The notes beneath the pieces are model-generated. The model was not told where the DNA came from. It worked only from the letters and a program-made list of their open reading frames with translations, and did not search any database. Both the position numbers and the translations under genes were made by a program. Below, piece after piece: positions 10,069-19,645 of a stretch of DNA of 64,000 nucleotides (positions are counted from its first letter, which is position 1; every line of letters starts with the position of its first letter). Origin of the DNA: a virus; the IMG/VR virus record IMGVR_UViG_3300030333_003061, positions 22,118 to 86,117 of that record; one strand, 5' to 3'.

Positions 10069-10444
10069 TCACTTCCTTATATTTCTCTAAATGGTATAGA
10101 TTCACCATTTTTTGATGGAACTCTCCATCGTCTATACATTTTCCGCTTACTATAAATAGTCTGCGTAGATAGCGCAGCAACTCTCTAGGAGTTATTACCT
10201 CATCTATTGCGTCATCAATGGCTCGTATAGTAGCCGAATGTGCTGACACTTTATCATTATAGATATATCTCTCCCACTCATAAACAGTAGGGAGGACATT
10301 CTCTATAGTTTGCACTTCATCTAAGATTGCATCTTTAATGAAGGCAATCTGCTTTGGGGTTTTAATTACATTAAAACTAGATTTCACAAGCACCACCAGC
10401 ACAGGCAGGGTCATTTCCAAAATCTGTATTATCATCATCTTCAT
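10052..10444 (-). CDS. hypothetical protein (true start uncertain, probably downstream of the RNR stop)
   Basis: Open frame filling the gap between RNR and the next gene. The track start overlaps RNR by 68 nt. Confidence 0.45.
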   Translation of the reverse strand: MKMMIIQILEMTLPVLVVLVKSSFNVIKTPKQIAFIKDAILDEVQTIENVLPTVYEWERYIYNDKVSAHSATIRAIDDAIDEVITPRELLRYLRRLFIVSGKCIDDGEFHQKMVNLYHLEKYKEVNEDEM

Positions 10445-12269
10445 AAACCTGTGATAAATCTACATTAGTTAAAGATTGCATCATCTTTTCATAAGTCTCT
10501 TTAGTACATGTTTCAAATGGCGGTTGGTCATATTGTTGCATTTCTGGGAAACAAGACATTCCATTATAGAACCATCTATTTGACCACATCCATTCACCTA
10601 TTTCATCCCATTGGTCTTCTTTAATATAAACCGTAGCAGAAACATTATGGGTATTTTGACCATCTCTATGGCCAGGATTAACCCAATGAATTGTTGCATT
10701 TCTTACTCTTTCTAAGAACATAAAAGCATCTTCGTTTCTATTAGAATCCTTCGCGCTACTTGTGACCGCACCTACGGGTGCTTTTTGTGGTATTTCAATA
10801 ACTGCACCAGATACTTCATCCCATACATCATCCTTAACTAATTCAGGATGATTAAACTTAAGATAAGTATAAATTGGTTCCATCTTATTTACTCTAATTC
10901 TTCTAATATAATGAGGCGCATGCCAAGCATGAATACCTGATGAAGAACCTAATACACAAGATGCTGTTCCTGATGGTTTAATACATGTGACTCTTGAAGC
11001 CTCATTAATACCAATTATATTTGCTACTCTAGTATTTTCAGCCTTAGCCTTATGAACAGTTCCTGTTACATCTAATCCTACAGTAGCATTACTAGCAAGT
11101 CCTGTCATAGATACACCTAATAAAGCATCCTTTTCAGTTGTTGTCTGCCAAATATCTCTTAAATAATGGAAGTCAGTATAAGACGCTTGTAGTGTTCCTA
11201 AGAAAGTTGCCGCTTTAACTCTTGCATCTAAGTCTTCTTGATTCTCAACATTAGAAGCATTTATTTCTGTTAAATTACAAAATTGATAAGGTCTTAAGGC
11301 TATCTCACAACAAGGATTGGTTCCCCAATCTTTATCATTTGAGAAATAAACTCCAGGTTCTCCTTGACCTCCTCTTCTAATTCTATCCCATAGCATATCA
11401 AAAATAGGCTTCTTAATTTTATGTCGTAGAATAACTGCTGAATTGTTTGCTCTAAATCTCTGTGATTGAGTTTGCTGCCAATCTAATCCTGCTTTACAAT
11501 TAGTCATTTCTAAATCATCCATACTAAATAATGAAATTAATGCTGCTCTACGAATACCACCTGCTAATACTGCATCTGCAATATGACACATAATATCATG
11601 ACATTCTAAAGTTGTTAATTGCTCACCATCATTTTTAAGTTGAAGCATACTTTCAATAAGAACAAGACATTTTCTTAATGGTTGAGGGCCAGGGGCTTTT
11701 CCACCACTAGTTTTTAATATAGCACCTTTTGGTCTAATATCATCATAAATAAATCTAGGTGTTTGAGTTAATTCGCCTGTATAAGAACGGAATAATTCTT
11801 TAACTGCATCAGCCCATCCCATAATAGAATCTTCAATAACTATTTTTCTAGTTCTATTTGGATTAGGTTTACGAATTTCGGGCAACATTCTAACATGATG
11901 TTTTTGAACCGAATAACCTACTCCTGTTCCACCTAATAATAAAAACATTGCTTCGTGAAAACACGCTACATCATCTACAGGCATATAAGCACAATTGTAA
12001 ACACGATTAGGTGATAATTCAATTGGTTTACCTGCAAATTGCATTGAACGCATTGAAGGCAGTATTTTACGAGGTATAACATAGTTAGCATAAATCCCCT
12101 TAATCTCTTCAAGGAATTCAGGGTCATGGTCTGCAAATTTCTTTAAATGCATTTCCATATTTCTATTACACACTTCTTCCCAAGTTTCTTTTCTGTTTTC
12201 TTCTGGCAACCATTTTGCATATTTCATATATACAGTTATGTCGCTTAATATTTTGTTTGATAGTTCCAT
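10377..12269 (-). CDS. nrdJ: class II (adenosylcobalamin-dependent) ribonucleotide reductase
   Basis: YNCA, GTGVG, GGIRRAA, finger loop TNPCCEI, FCNLTE, IKPSGT, C-terminal CAGGACEI. Confidence 0.95.
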   Translation of the reverse strand: MELSNKILSDITVYMKYAKWLPEENRKETWEEVCNRNMEMHLKKFADHDPEFLEEIKGIYANYVIPRKILPSMRSMQFAGKPIELSPNRVYNCAYMPVDDVACFHEAMFLLLGGTGVGYSVQKHHVRMLPEIRKPNPNRTRKIVIEDSIMGWADAVKELFRSYTGELTQTPRFIYDDIRPKGAILKTSGGKAPGPQPLRKCLVLIESMLQLKNDGEQLTTLECHDIMCHIADAVLAGGIRRAALISLFSMDDLEMTNCKAGLDWQQTQSQRFRANNSAVILRHKIKKPIFDMLWDRIRRGGQGEPGVYFSNDKDWGTNPCCEIALRPYQFCNLTEINASNVENQEDLDARVKAATFLGTLQASYTDFHYLRDIWQTTTEKDALLGVSMTGLASNATVGLDVTGTVHKAKAENTRVANIIGINEASRVTCIKPSGTASCVLGSSSGIHAWHAPHYIRRIRVNKMEPIYTYLKFNHPELVKDDVWDEVSGAVIEIPQKAPVGAVTSSAKDSNRNEDAFMFLERVRNATIHWVNPGHRDGQNTHNVSATVYIKEDQWDEIGEWMWSNRWFYNGMSCFPEMQQYDQPPFETCTKETYEKMMQSLTNVDLSQVYEDDDNTDFGNDPACAGGACEI

Positions 12270-12272
12270 TTT

Positions 12273-12656
12273 CTAGCACCTTACCTGTTTTCTATATGGC
12301 ATTTCTGATAAATTGGAAAATGCCGAAATCCAATCCCCATTTCTTCTAATAGTCCATTCCTTTTCTACCCTTATTTTCCAATTGGGAAAAGTGGAATAGG
12401 CTTCTTCTCCCATTTTTTCATAGAGTTCATTAAAATCTCTATATTCTAATCCATCAAAATCAAAGACTGTGTTACCTTCACAAACTATTACTGCCTTTTT
12501 GCTAATTGCTAAGACATAACCAACAGGGTAAAAGTCGGCTCTAATTAGTGCTAAGTCTTGATATGTATTGTAGTTTTGCAGATTCCAACCGAATATTTCA
12601 AATATTTTCCCTATCAATTGTTTCTGCGCGTAATTCTCGTTGTCGTCTAAATTCAT
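12273..12656 (-). CDS. hypothetical protein
   Basis: ORF with GGAGG RBS. Confidence 0.6.
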   Translation of the reverse strand: MNLDDNENYAQKQLIGKIFEIFGWNLQNYNTYQDLALIRADFYPVGYVLAISKKAVIVCEGNTVFDFDGLEYRDFNELYEKMGEEAYSTFPNWKIRVEKEWTIRRNGDWISAFSNLSEMPYRKQVRC

Positions 12657-12682
12657 TCATTCTGCCTCCAATGATGAGAGGA

Positions 12683-12705
12683 GAGAGCATGGAGGCTATG
12701 CTCTC
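12683..12705 (-). terminator. stem-loop downstream of the Ubl gene
   Basis: GAGAGCAT-ggaggct-ATGCTCTC inverted repeat in the intergenic gap. Confidence 0.4.
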
Positions 12706-12737
12706 AACCCCTCAAAATTCTGACTATCATTAACGGC

Positions 12738-12938
12738 TTAATAGCCGCCAACGATAGCAGGTGTTAGGTCAACTGATTCAACAGTATCCCAATTTACATC
12801 TGAGATTACTTCTCTAGATGTTAATTCACCGTCAATAAAGACCCAATGTGTAGGATGGTCATTGATTTGCTCAATAACTTCCGTTTGGGTAACTTCAAGT
12901 TCTGTATGTCCTGTTTCATTAATTATTGTTAATAACAT
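12738..12938 (-). CDS. ubiquitin-like (beta-grasp, SAMP/ThiS/MoaD-like) protein with a 1-residue C-terminal extension
   Basis: 66 aa; WVFIDGE...VDLTPAIVGG-Y* closely matches ThiS/MoaD/SAMP C-termini; GGAGTGA RBS before ATG 12938. Confidence 0.7.
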   Translation of the reverse strand: MLLTIINETGHTELEVTQTEVIEQINDHPTHWVFIDGELTSREVISDVNWDTVESVDLTPAIVGGY

Positions 12939-12960
12939 TCTGTTTCTCACTCCGATTGTC

Positions 12961-13203
12961 TTAGTTTGTGGAGTCCTCGGCGGGTATTAAACCTTGCGCA
13001 CGACTCTCAATCAATCTAGATGTTAATAGATTGATAGTTTCTTCATATCTAATTACAAGCATATTCAGTTGGTTTGCCTGATTTACTGCGGCTTGATAGC
13101 CAGCAGATAATTGCTGCAATTGTCCTTGCATTTCTGCATTTGCAGAAGAAAGTGCCTCTACTTCCTTCTCCAAATCCTTTTTTGTTTTCTTTTCTTCTGT
13201 CAT
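12961..13203 (-). CDS. coiled-coil hypothetical protein
   Basis: Heptad-like A/Q/L-rich sequence. Confidence 0.6.
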   Translation of the reverse strand: MTEEKKTKKDLEKEVEALSSANAEMQGQLQQLSAGYQAAVNQANQLNMLVIRYEETINLLTSRLIESRAQGLIPAEDSTN

Positions 13204-13204
13204 T

Positions 13205-14377
13205 TTATCCCCACCTTGCAGTTTTTAGCAAAGTAATTTGGTTGCTCGCTTCATCTTTAGTAAGATTATCTAAATCCCCCTCATAGCCTAATTTAACTAA
13301 GTAGTTTTTTTGTTTCTCAGTTGCTTCTGCTATTGTTTTTTCTCCATTAAAAATACTATGTAATTTAGCGAGTTGTTTATCTGTTAGAATTGTGCCTCTA
13401 ATCATCTTAGCCTTCACATCTTTTAAGAAGTTTTCTTCCCAAGAATCTCGACCCTGTTCAGGAATAAACGGATTTACTCCGAAGTATTCACAGGCTTCGA
13501 TAAAAGCGGGTTCGTGTTGAATGTCCTCAATAGTAGAAACCATTTTTTCTCTTCTTTCTATCTGAGCCTTCTTGATATCCGCTTGTTTTTCATCGTGTTT
13601 TTTCAGGGTGTCCATACGAGTCTTCTCAAAATCTAGTTCTTTTTGCACAGCCTTTTCAGCCTGTTCTAACTGAAGATAGAATTTCATTAAATCCATCCAT
13701 AATGATTGATTAGGAAAACCTCTAGTGTTTATCTGTGCTTTAGGATTTTCAGGATGATTCCATCTCCAAACGATTGAAGCCATCTTATATCCGGTATCAC
13801 CAAATGAACCTGTTGCTCTCTTTCTAATGAATGTCTTAGGTCTTCTCATTCTTAATGCTGAATCATAATAATATCCATCTTTGCGAACATTAACTCTTAA
13901 ATCCATATCTTTTACTGCTTCAAACATTTCAATAAAATGGTCGCCGTGAACATTCCACCATGCGTTCTTTTTCAAAGCATGGACTCTAACTTCAATCCAC
14001 TCATCAATCATTTCATCTGTAATCTGTTCATCATTAAGACCTGTTTCTTCACGAATAGCACGAAGAATTAGATAAGAATTAATGTGGTCTGAACCAACAC
14101 ATTCTCTAACATCAGTTTCAGTATTATGAATCTCAAAATGATATGTAATAGTATGACCACATAAACAATAATATGGATGACCATTAGTATAAGCAGGTGG
14201 TGTTGAACCTACTTCATCCCACCATACCTTTCCTGTTGCTATCCATTCATGTTTAGCATCATCATAATTATCTGCTTTAGATAGTGATACCATTCTTTCT
14301 TTTAATTTTCTATCCCAACGACCATTAGTTAATGCTCGCTTAGGGCTTATTTCTATATCTGTCATTTTAATCACCAT
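13205..14377 (-). CDS. hypothetical protein with metal-binding motif
   Basis: YCLCGH...VGSDHI; C-terminal ATEKQKNYL..LGY...LTKDEAS module. Confidence 0.7.
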   Translation of the reverse strand: MVIKMTDIEISPKRALTNGRWDRKLKERMVSLSKADNYDDAKHEWIATGKVWWDEVGSTPPAYTNGHPYYCLCGHTITYHFEIHNTETDVRECVGSDHINSYLILRAIREETGLNDEQITDEMIDEWIEVRVHALKKNAWWNVHGDHFIEMFEAVKDMDLRVNVRKDGYYYDSALRMRRPKTFIRKRATGSFGDTGYKMASIVWRWNHPENPKAQINTRGFPNQSLWMDLMKFYLQLEQAEKAVQKELDFEKTRMDTLKKHDEKQADIKKAQIERREKMVSTIEDIQHEPAFIEACEYFGVNPFIPEQGRDSWEENFLKDVKAKMIRGTILTDKQLAKLHSIFNGEKTIAEATEKQKNYLVKLGYEGDLDNLTKDEASNQITLLKTARWG

Positions 14378-14610
14378 TTACTCTTGGGTTTTTTCTTTTC
14401 AAGATAGGCTTGTTTTCTTCTAATAGCCTTTCTTTCAGTTTTACCCTTTCGTCTAATGACTCTTGCTTTTTTACTCTTTGATAATTTCTTCATTTTCTTT
14501 CACCTTTTTATTATATCTATTTTCACATTGAATACAAACCCAACATAAAGTTCTACCATTAGCAAATCCTTTAGTAATTCGTTTGCATTTTACATTGCTG
14601 CATACCCAAG

Positions 14611-14880
14611 TCATTCTTCTTCACTACTGAAATCTGATTCTGATACATCAAAATATGTTAAATTATTAACATAGTTTATTATATCTTTTAGACCTGTTGC
14701 GACTATTTCGTTTGTAATTACTTTAACTAATGCAGGTGTAGTTTTCACACCATACATATCAAACATATCAGGATTCATTTCATAATAAACCGATTCCCAA
14801 TTTAATGTCGTATTTCGTAGGAAATTTCGCGCACTTCTACAAGGCACACAATTGTCTGTGCTTAATAAAAGAAACTTCAT
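14611..14880 (-). CDS. glutaredoxin/thioredoxin-like protein
   Basis: CVPC active site and cis-Pro motif GVKTTP; a plausible reductant for NrdJ. Confidence 0.75.
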   Translation of the reverse strand: MKFLLLSTDNCVPCRSARNFLRNTTLNWESVYYEMNPDMFDMYGVKTTPALVKVITNEIVATGLKDIINYVNNLTYFDVSESDFSSEEE

Positions 14881-15209
14881 TCTTCTTCACCTTGCCTTTT
14901 CATTATGGAATTAAATTCTCTAGTTAATGCTTTAATCGTGTAATATATTGATGTTACACTCTTATGGTTTTGTTCTTTACCAATTGAATATAAACTATCC
15001 ATCGTTTCTAATGCTTCAACTGTTAACTTTTCATCAGCATTAAGTTTACTTCTATCTATCCCATAGATTCCCCATTCTGCATCAGTAAATATTCCAGCAA
15101 CAGACGCACATCTACATCTATTTCCGGCTTCTCCATGACCTCCGGCATTTTTACTATACATTCCGTAATCATTTTCTTTAGTATGCGCATATCTTTCTTT
15201 ATGAATCAT
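14877..15209 (-). CDS. hypothetical protein
   Basis: Operonic ORF. Confidence 0.55.
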   Translation of the reverse strand: MIHKERYAHTKENDYGMYSKNAGGHGEAGNRCRCASVAGIFTDAEWGIYGIDRSKLNADEKLTVEALETMDSLYSIGKEQNHKSVTSIYYTIKALTREFNSIMKRQGEEE

Positions 15210-15539
15210 TCTTCCTCTCCCTCTATTCTAATAGAATGATAACACAAATGGGTTATCACATTATTTAGCCATTCTTCATTATTTATATTATAAGACATAA
15301 GCAATTCTAATATCTGCTCCATGCCTTCATCTATTCCTTCTTTCTTAATTACTGCTCTTACTATTTCATTTGTTTCCATTATTCCAACTCCTTTGGTTCC
15401 ATAAAATCTACTGCATCTCTAACTTTTAATCTCCATTCTTCTGCTATTTCTGAATGATTTTCTCTTAAGTATTTCATTAATGCTTCATACATATATTCTG
15501 CACCATAATTCATTACGCCTGGTTCTTTAACTCTCATAA

Positions 15540-15791
15540 TCATCCCATTCTTTCAAACATTCTTTGTTCACTAAGATGATTACTCAATAATTCATCTATC
15601 TTTTCAAATAGTGATTCAGCGCATCCCCCAATACATTTTCTATATAATCCTAGCCATATAGTATAATGTCTATTAATTACAACTTTAGGCAAATCTGTTT
15701 CTGCTTCAATTGTAATCATAATTGGAGGCATATTCTCATCATCTATTATTTTATAAGTTATTTCTCTCTTGGTTACTTCTTCTTGTTTCAT
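15540..15791 (-). CDS. hypothetical protein
   Basis: Operonic ORF. Confidence 0.55.
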   Translation of the reverse strand: MKQEEVTKREITYKIIDDENMPPIMITIEAETDLPKVVINRHYTIWLGLYRKCIGGCAESLFEKIDELLSNHLSEQRMFERMG

Positions 15792-16192
15792 TGCACACCA
15801 TCTCCAATAGTATCCTTTAATCTTTCTTCTTGGTCAAAGGTATTCTTTTGAATCTCAATATCATTCTCTAATGTTTTGAGACGCATTTTGGCCGCATCTA
15901 CAACCTGTGCTTCTTTTAATATTGTCCACTTAGGTAAAGTCTCAAACTCTACCTTTAGCACTAAATCTCTAGAAATGGATACATGTCCATTATCTGTTTC
16001 TAAATTGATATAGGACTGAGCCATTGGTGTATTAAGATAAGACTGAAATCCTTCAGCGATTTCAATAGTATCTAAATAACTTTCTGCTTCTCTATATTTG
16101 TCCAAACTATACCAAACTTTCATCTTTGTTCTATTTTCTTTTTTCCAATTCTTCATCTTACTTCTCTCCTTATCGTTCTGTCTTAGCGGCAC
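15788..16192 (-). CDS. hypothetical protein
   Basis: Operonic ORF; start uncertain. Confidence 0.55.
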   Translation of the reverse strand: MPLRQNDKERSKMKNWKKENRTKMKVWYSLDKYREAESYLDTIEIAEGFQSYLNTPMAQSYINLETDNGHVSISRDLVLKVEFETLPKWTILKEAQVVDAAKMRLKTLENDIEIQKNTFDQEERLKDTIGDGVQ

Positions 16193-16200
16193 ATATAAAC

Positions 16201-16317
16201 CTAGTGCCTGAGACTTTCAAACCATTTACTAATTATACAATCACATTCTATCGGAATGTATTCAGCAACGGATATTTGTTTCATTATTACTCCATCTACA
16301 CATTTATCACATTTCAT
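16201..16317 (-). CDS. small Cys-rich protein (38 aa)
   Basis: Manual translation MKCDKCVDG...IECDC... Confidence 0.45.
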   Translation of the reverse strand: MKCDKCVDGVIMKQISVAEYIPIECDCIISKWFESLRH

Positions 16318-16318
16318 T

Positions 16319-16831
16319 TTAATCAACCTTCTCCCACCATTCGGGAACATTTGTTTTCCAATTTGCTATATGCTTTTTATCATGTATATAATACATACGA
16401 TATTTTTCGACAGTAGAAAGATTATCAAAATCTTCTATTTGTCGACATAGCATATTAGGTGCTATTGCTACAGCAAATGGAGTAAGTTGTGTATCGGGTA
16501 AATAATCAATTAATTTATTTACCTCGTCTTCTACCTTTTTAAAGGTCAGTTGGCATTTGTGAGTTTTATTATAACGGATAGTATATTCTTCACATAATGC
16601 TTTGAAGTGTTCTATAAGCCACATAAGATTCTGTCTAGATTTACCTGCCCATACAGTGCATGGATGTAAAGAATGAGACATACGATATGGGCCATTAAAA
16701 TTACGCAAAGTCATACAAGCAGAAATCATCTGCAGACTTTCTAATGGCATTTTAACTATATGCTTATCATTCATCATTTGGGCTGCTAATTTAGGGTTTT
16801 CATCTAATATAAATATATTCATTATTATCAC
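16319..16831 (-). CDS. pyrimidine-dimer DNA glycosylase (DenV/endonuclease V-like)
   Basis: MNIFILD.NP..AA...DKHIVKMPLE..QM and HPCTVW signature. Confidence 0.8.
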   Translation of the reverse strand: MIIMNIFILDENPKLAAQMMNDKHIVKMPLESLQMISACMTLRNFNGPYRMSHSLHPCTVWAGKSRQNLMWLIEHFKALCEEYTIRYNKTHKCQLTFKKVEDEVNKLIDYLPDTQLTPFAVAIAPNMLCRQIEDFDNLSTVEKYRMYYIHDKKHIANWKTNVPEWWEKVD

Positions 16832-17174
16832 CTTTGAATGTAATAGAGAAGAATAAGAAGTGTTATGAGGACTCCTTTACCAAAACTAATCTATAAGTGC
16901 ATAATACCTGAGACCTTGGCGTGAATACTTATTGATTAGACAAGGATAGTTTAATTCTTTTTATCTTGGCAAACTCTACTCAATATAACATTAGAAACAC
17001 CAATTACGCATACGGCTGCAATGGAACGGGCAATAAGAAAATACCGTATTCTCCCGTCTAATGTTTTGAGTGTAAATGTGGGCCTTTCACCCAACTTGAT
17101 AGGTTTTCTCCACACTTCCTATTAAGTGATACCTAGGCTGAAAAAAGTTAGTAAAAACCAGCCTTTGGAGTGTA

Positions 17175-17261
17175 TGGTTGCGAGGATGGGATTTGAACCC
17201 ATGAAGCACTACGCACAGAATCTTAAGTCCTGCTCCTTTGACCAAACTCGGATACCTCGCA
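17175..17261 (-). tRNA. tRNA-Leu (anticodon UAA) with encoded CCA
   Basis: Acceptor TGCGAGG/CCTCGCA, anticodon arm CAGGA-CTTAAGA-TTCTG, long variable arm, T arm GGTTCAAATCC, 3' ACCA. Confidence 0.9.
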
Positions 17262-17274
17262 TTAAAGAGTATAA

Positions 17275-17883
17275 TCACTCTTTCAACTGAACTAGAAGTA
17301 ATATCAAATAACCAATTAGGTCTTTGATTACATCTTCATCAGATTCAAGAATATCTTTACCCTGCATAAGTCTATTCAACTTATCATCAATTCTAACCTT
17401 AATCTGTTCTTGTGCATCAGACTTTGAAAAGATTCTAATTGGTGCAATTGCTGAATCACCATATGCTTCATTCTTCTTTAGAAGGAAATACATAATTGAT
17501 TTACATTCATTTTCTATTTGTCTTTGAGTGTTAGTCAATCCTTTACTACTTGTATGTAATACAACCTTTGTAGTAGGTTCCTTCTTTGATTTTGTTCCAT
17601 ATACATCATTAAAATCTTCAGCATATTGCTTATACAATTTCTTGTAATCAACTTCTTTCTTAACCTTTTTCTTTCTTCCTGAACCCTTACTTTTATGCTT
17701 GTAAGGTAATTCACCTTTCTTTTGAAGTGCGTTTATTTTCATATAACAAGCCGCACTACTTCGCTTCAATTTCTTTGCTATTACTGATACTGATGTTCCT
17801 TCATTGAACATTTCAATCAGTGTCTTTATATCTTTGTTTGTCCATTTTTTATTCATTTTAACACCTTTGTTAAATAACTCCAT
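17275..17883 (-). CDS. N-terminal HTH fused to a DUF1599/nucleotide-modification-associated-like domain
   Basis: KWTNKD...IAKKLKRS, then KKNEAYGDS...RIDDKLNRL...EDVIKDLIGY. Confidence 0.65.
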   Translation of the reverse strand: MELFNKGVKMNKKWTNKDIKTLIEMFNEGTSVSVIAKKLKRSSAACYMKINALQKKGELPYKHKSKGSGRKKKVKKEVDYKKLYKQYAEDFNDVYGTKSKKEPTTKVVLHTSSKGLTNTQRQIENECKSIMYFLLKKNEAYGDSAIAPIRIFSKSDAQEQIKVRIDDKLNRLMQGKDILESDEDVIKDLIGYLILLLVQLKE

Positions 17884-18028
17884 TGGAAGGTAATTCCAGC
17901 CCGAACATTCTCATAACTTTCTACTCCCATAAGAATGTTGATTCTGCCCACTTTTCCCCATAAAGGTGGGAACATTCTTACCAATTATCGTTATGATTCT
18001 CGTTTCTTACATTTCCAGCCCTCTGAGG

Positions 18029-18055
18029 GGATGGATGGATGGATGGATGGATGGA
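18029..18055. repeat. (GGAT)n microsatellite, ~6.75 copies
   Basis: ggatggatggatggatggatggatgga. Confidence 0.9.
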
Positions 18056-18646
18056 GTAGTATATAGATATAAGAATAATAAGAATATAATAAATATATAA
18101 TATCTTATCACTTATTCCTACTTTTCTGCCTAACTTCTTACCACTTATGTTTCTACCCCAAAGTAGAAACGAGAAACTGGGCAGATTCTAATCACTTTTT
18201 GGATGCCATATCAATATTAATATTAATATAGAATATTCAATACTGATATTGATAGTAATATAGAATATTAAATTAATATCTACTGACAAGAATACATGTT
18301 ACGGCAGTTACTGATTAACATTGTAACTTATTACGCCATTACATAGGTTTCATTCATATATTGATTAGGAATTAATCGCTTTCTTGAAGCAATTGTAGGA
18401 ATTGACTCTTACAGTATAAGGAGAGTCGTAGACACATATATACTGGCCGCCCTCGCTGATGGCCTGTGCGATATATAACGCAATTCCTTACCATATGGTA
18501 AGAATACTTTGTCATTGAATTACCTGAAAAAAGTGGAAAGGCCGAGAACAGGCGATACATCATGTAAATCATGTTGTAAAGTTTTATACGCCCATTCTCG
18601 ACCCTTCGCGTTAGTCAGCACCGAAAGAACTATTCAGGAGGAAGAA

Positions 18647-19150
18647 TCACTCCTCCTCCGTGTAATCATAATCGCCGCAATCAGCGAGTCCAGCAAGAGA
18701 ACCATCCCATTCTCCCTCTCGGAAGAGTTCTGTTGCTGCCTTTCGTGCCTTTGTTGCTAGGCTGTTTGCATAATCGTCTGCATCTACATATACAGGCGAA
18801 CCCTTTGATTTACCATGCTTTCTTAGCAATGGTTGGGAATATTGCTGTGTTTCTGTGAAAAAGGTGTGTGCTGCTGCACGAATCTCATCACAAGCCGAAT
18901 CTACTACTGCGCGAGCAGCAGCAGGTAAAATACCTTGATTTCCTCTCTTCCAAGGATAACCTGGGTATGGCTTTAACATTCCCTTAATTGAGGTAGTCAA
19001 AGACTCTCTCGTTCCTTCATTGTTATTTCCTGTTTCTACTAGCATTCTTGCTAGTGAAACTACATCTGATGGAATGGCCTGAACTTCGCTATCGCCGTCA
19101 AGCATTCCATTTACCTTTATTACTACTGAATCCCATTCAATTTGTTCCAT
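18647..19150 (-). CDS. hypothetical protein, HGKS-motif paralog 1
   Basis: GGTGAT RBS before MEQIEWD; aligns by eye with the 19646 ORF. Confidence 0.75.
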   Translation of the reverse strand: MEQIEWDSVVIKVNGMLDGDSEVQAIPSDVVSLARMLVETGNNNEGTRESLTTSIKGMLKPYPGYPWKRGNQGILPAAARAVVDSACDEIRAAAHTFFTETQQYSQPLLRKHGKSKGSPVYVDADDYANSLATKARKAATELFREGEWDGSLAGLADCGDYDYTEEE

Positions 19151-19199
19151 AATATCACCTTTGTTGTTTCTTCCTGAGCCTTTCGGGGCTACTATAGGG

Positions 19200-19248
19200 A
19201 GGATATGATACACATATAAAGGGGTCTGAGCAAAGTAGAACCATATGG
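19200..19248 (-). promoter_or_regulatory. cassette promoter (CCATATGG-TACTTTG...TATA-like)
   Basis: Minus strand CCATATGGTTCTACTTTGCTCAGACCCCTTTATATGTG; TATA-like box ~25 nt upstream of the inferred transcript start. Confidence 0.5.
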
Positions 19249-19545
19249 TAATGAAGTAATTTTAAGGTGGATTCTTGAAGGCTTAGGAAAAACGGGCGTT
19301 TTTATTCTCAGCATAGGTAATGAATCCGCACTTGTAGAACAGAGAGTGCTAATTAACATCGGTTATTTTTAACATAAATACTGTCTCACCTTTAGACAGC
19401 GTTAATTAACAACCATATGGTCTCATGGCAGCAAGTGTGCCATGAGAATGAAAGTATAGCGATAGCGTACTAAATATGCCTTAAGGTAGTCATTAATGAC
19501 AAATACGGCTTCGCCTTTATTGGTCATTACCATTCCCTTATGACA

Positions 19546-19605
19546 CCATATGGTAGCATACTTTGTGAAAACTACCTTATAGGTGTCTATAACATATCTA
19601 ATAAC
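19546..19605 (+). promoter_or_regulatory. cassette promoter
   Basis: TACTTTGTGAAAACTACCTTATAGGTGTCTATAACATATCTAATAAC; similar sequences occur at 21176 and 22930. Confidence 0.55.
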
Positions 19606-19645
19606 GGTGGGGCAACACCACAAAAAACACAAGGAAAGTGATATT

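Noticed and set aside
10377-12269. Inteins or introns in RNR (also checked terminase and both ligases)
   Set aside because: Lengths are normal, and I found no C/S...HN splice motifs or frame interruptions.
17087-17278. 63-aa ORF
   Set aside because: Overlaps the tRNA-Leu gene on the same strand.
657-17527. Plus-strand short ORFs in the left arm (e.g. 657, 2323, 3535, 5252, 9658, 13074, 17324)
   Set aside because: Antisense shadows of tightly packed minus-strand genes.
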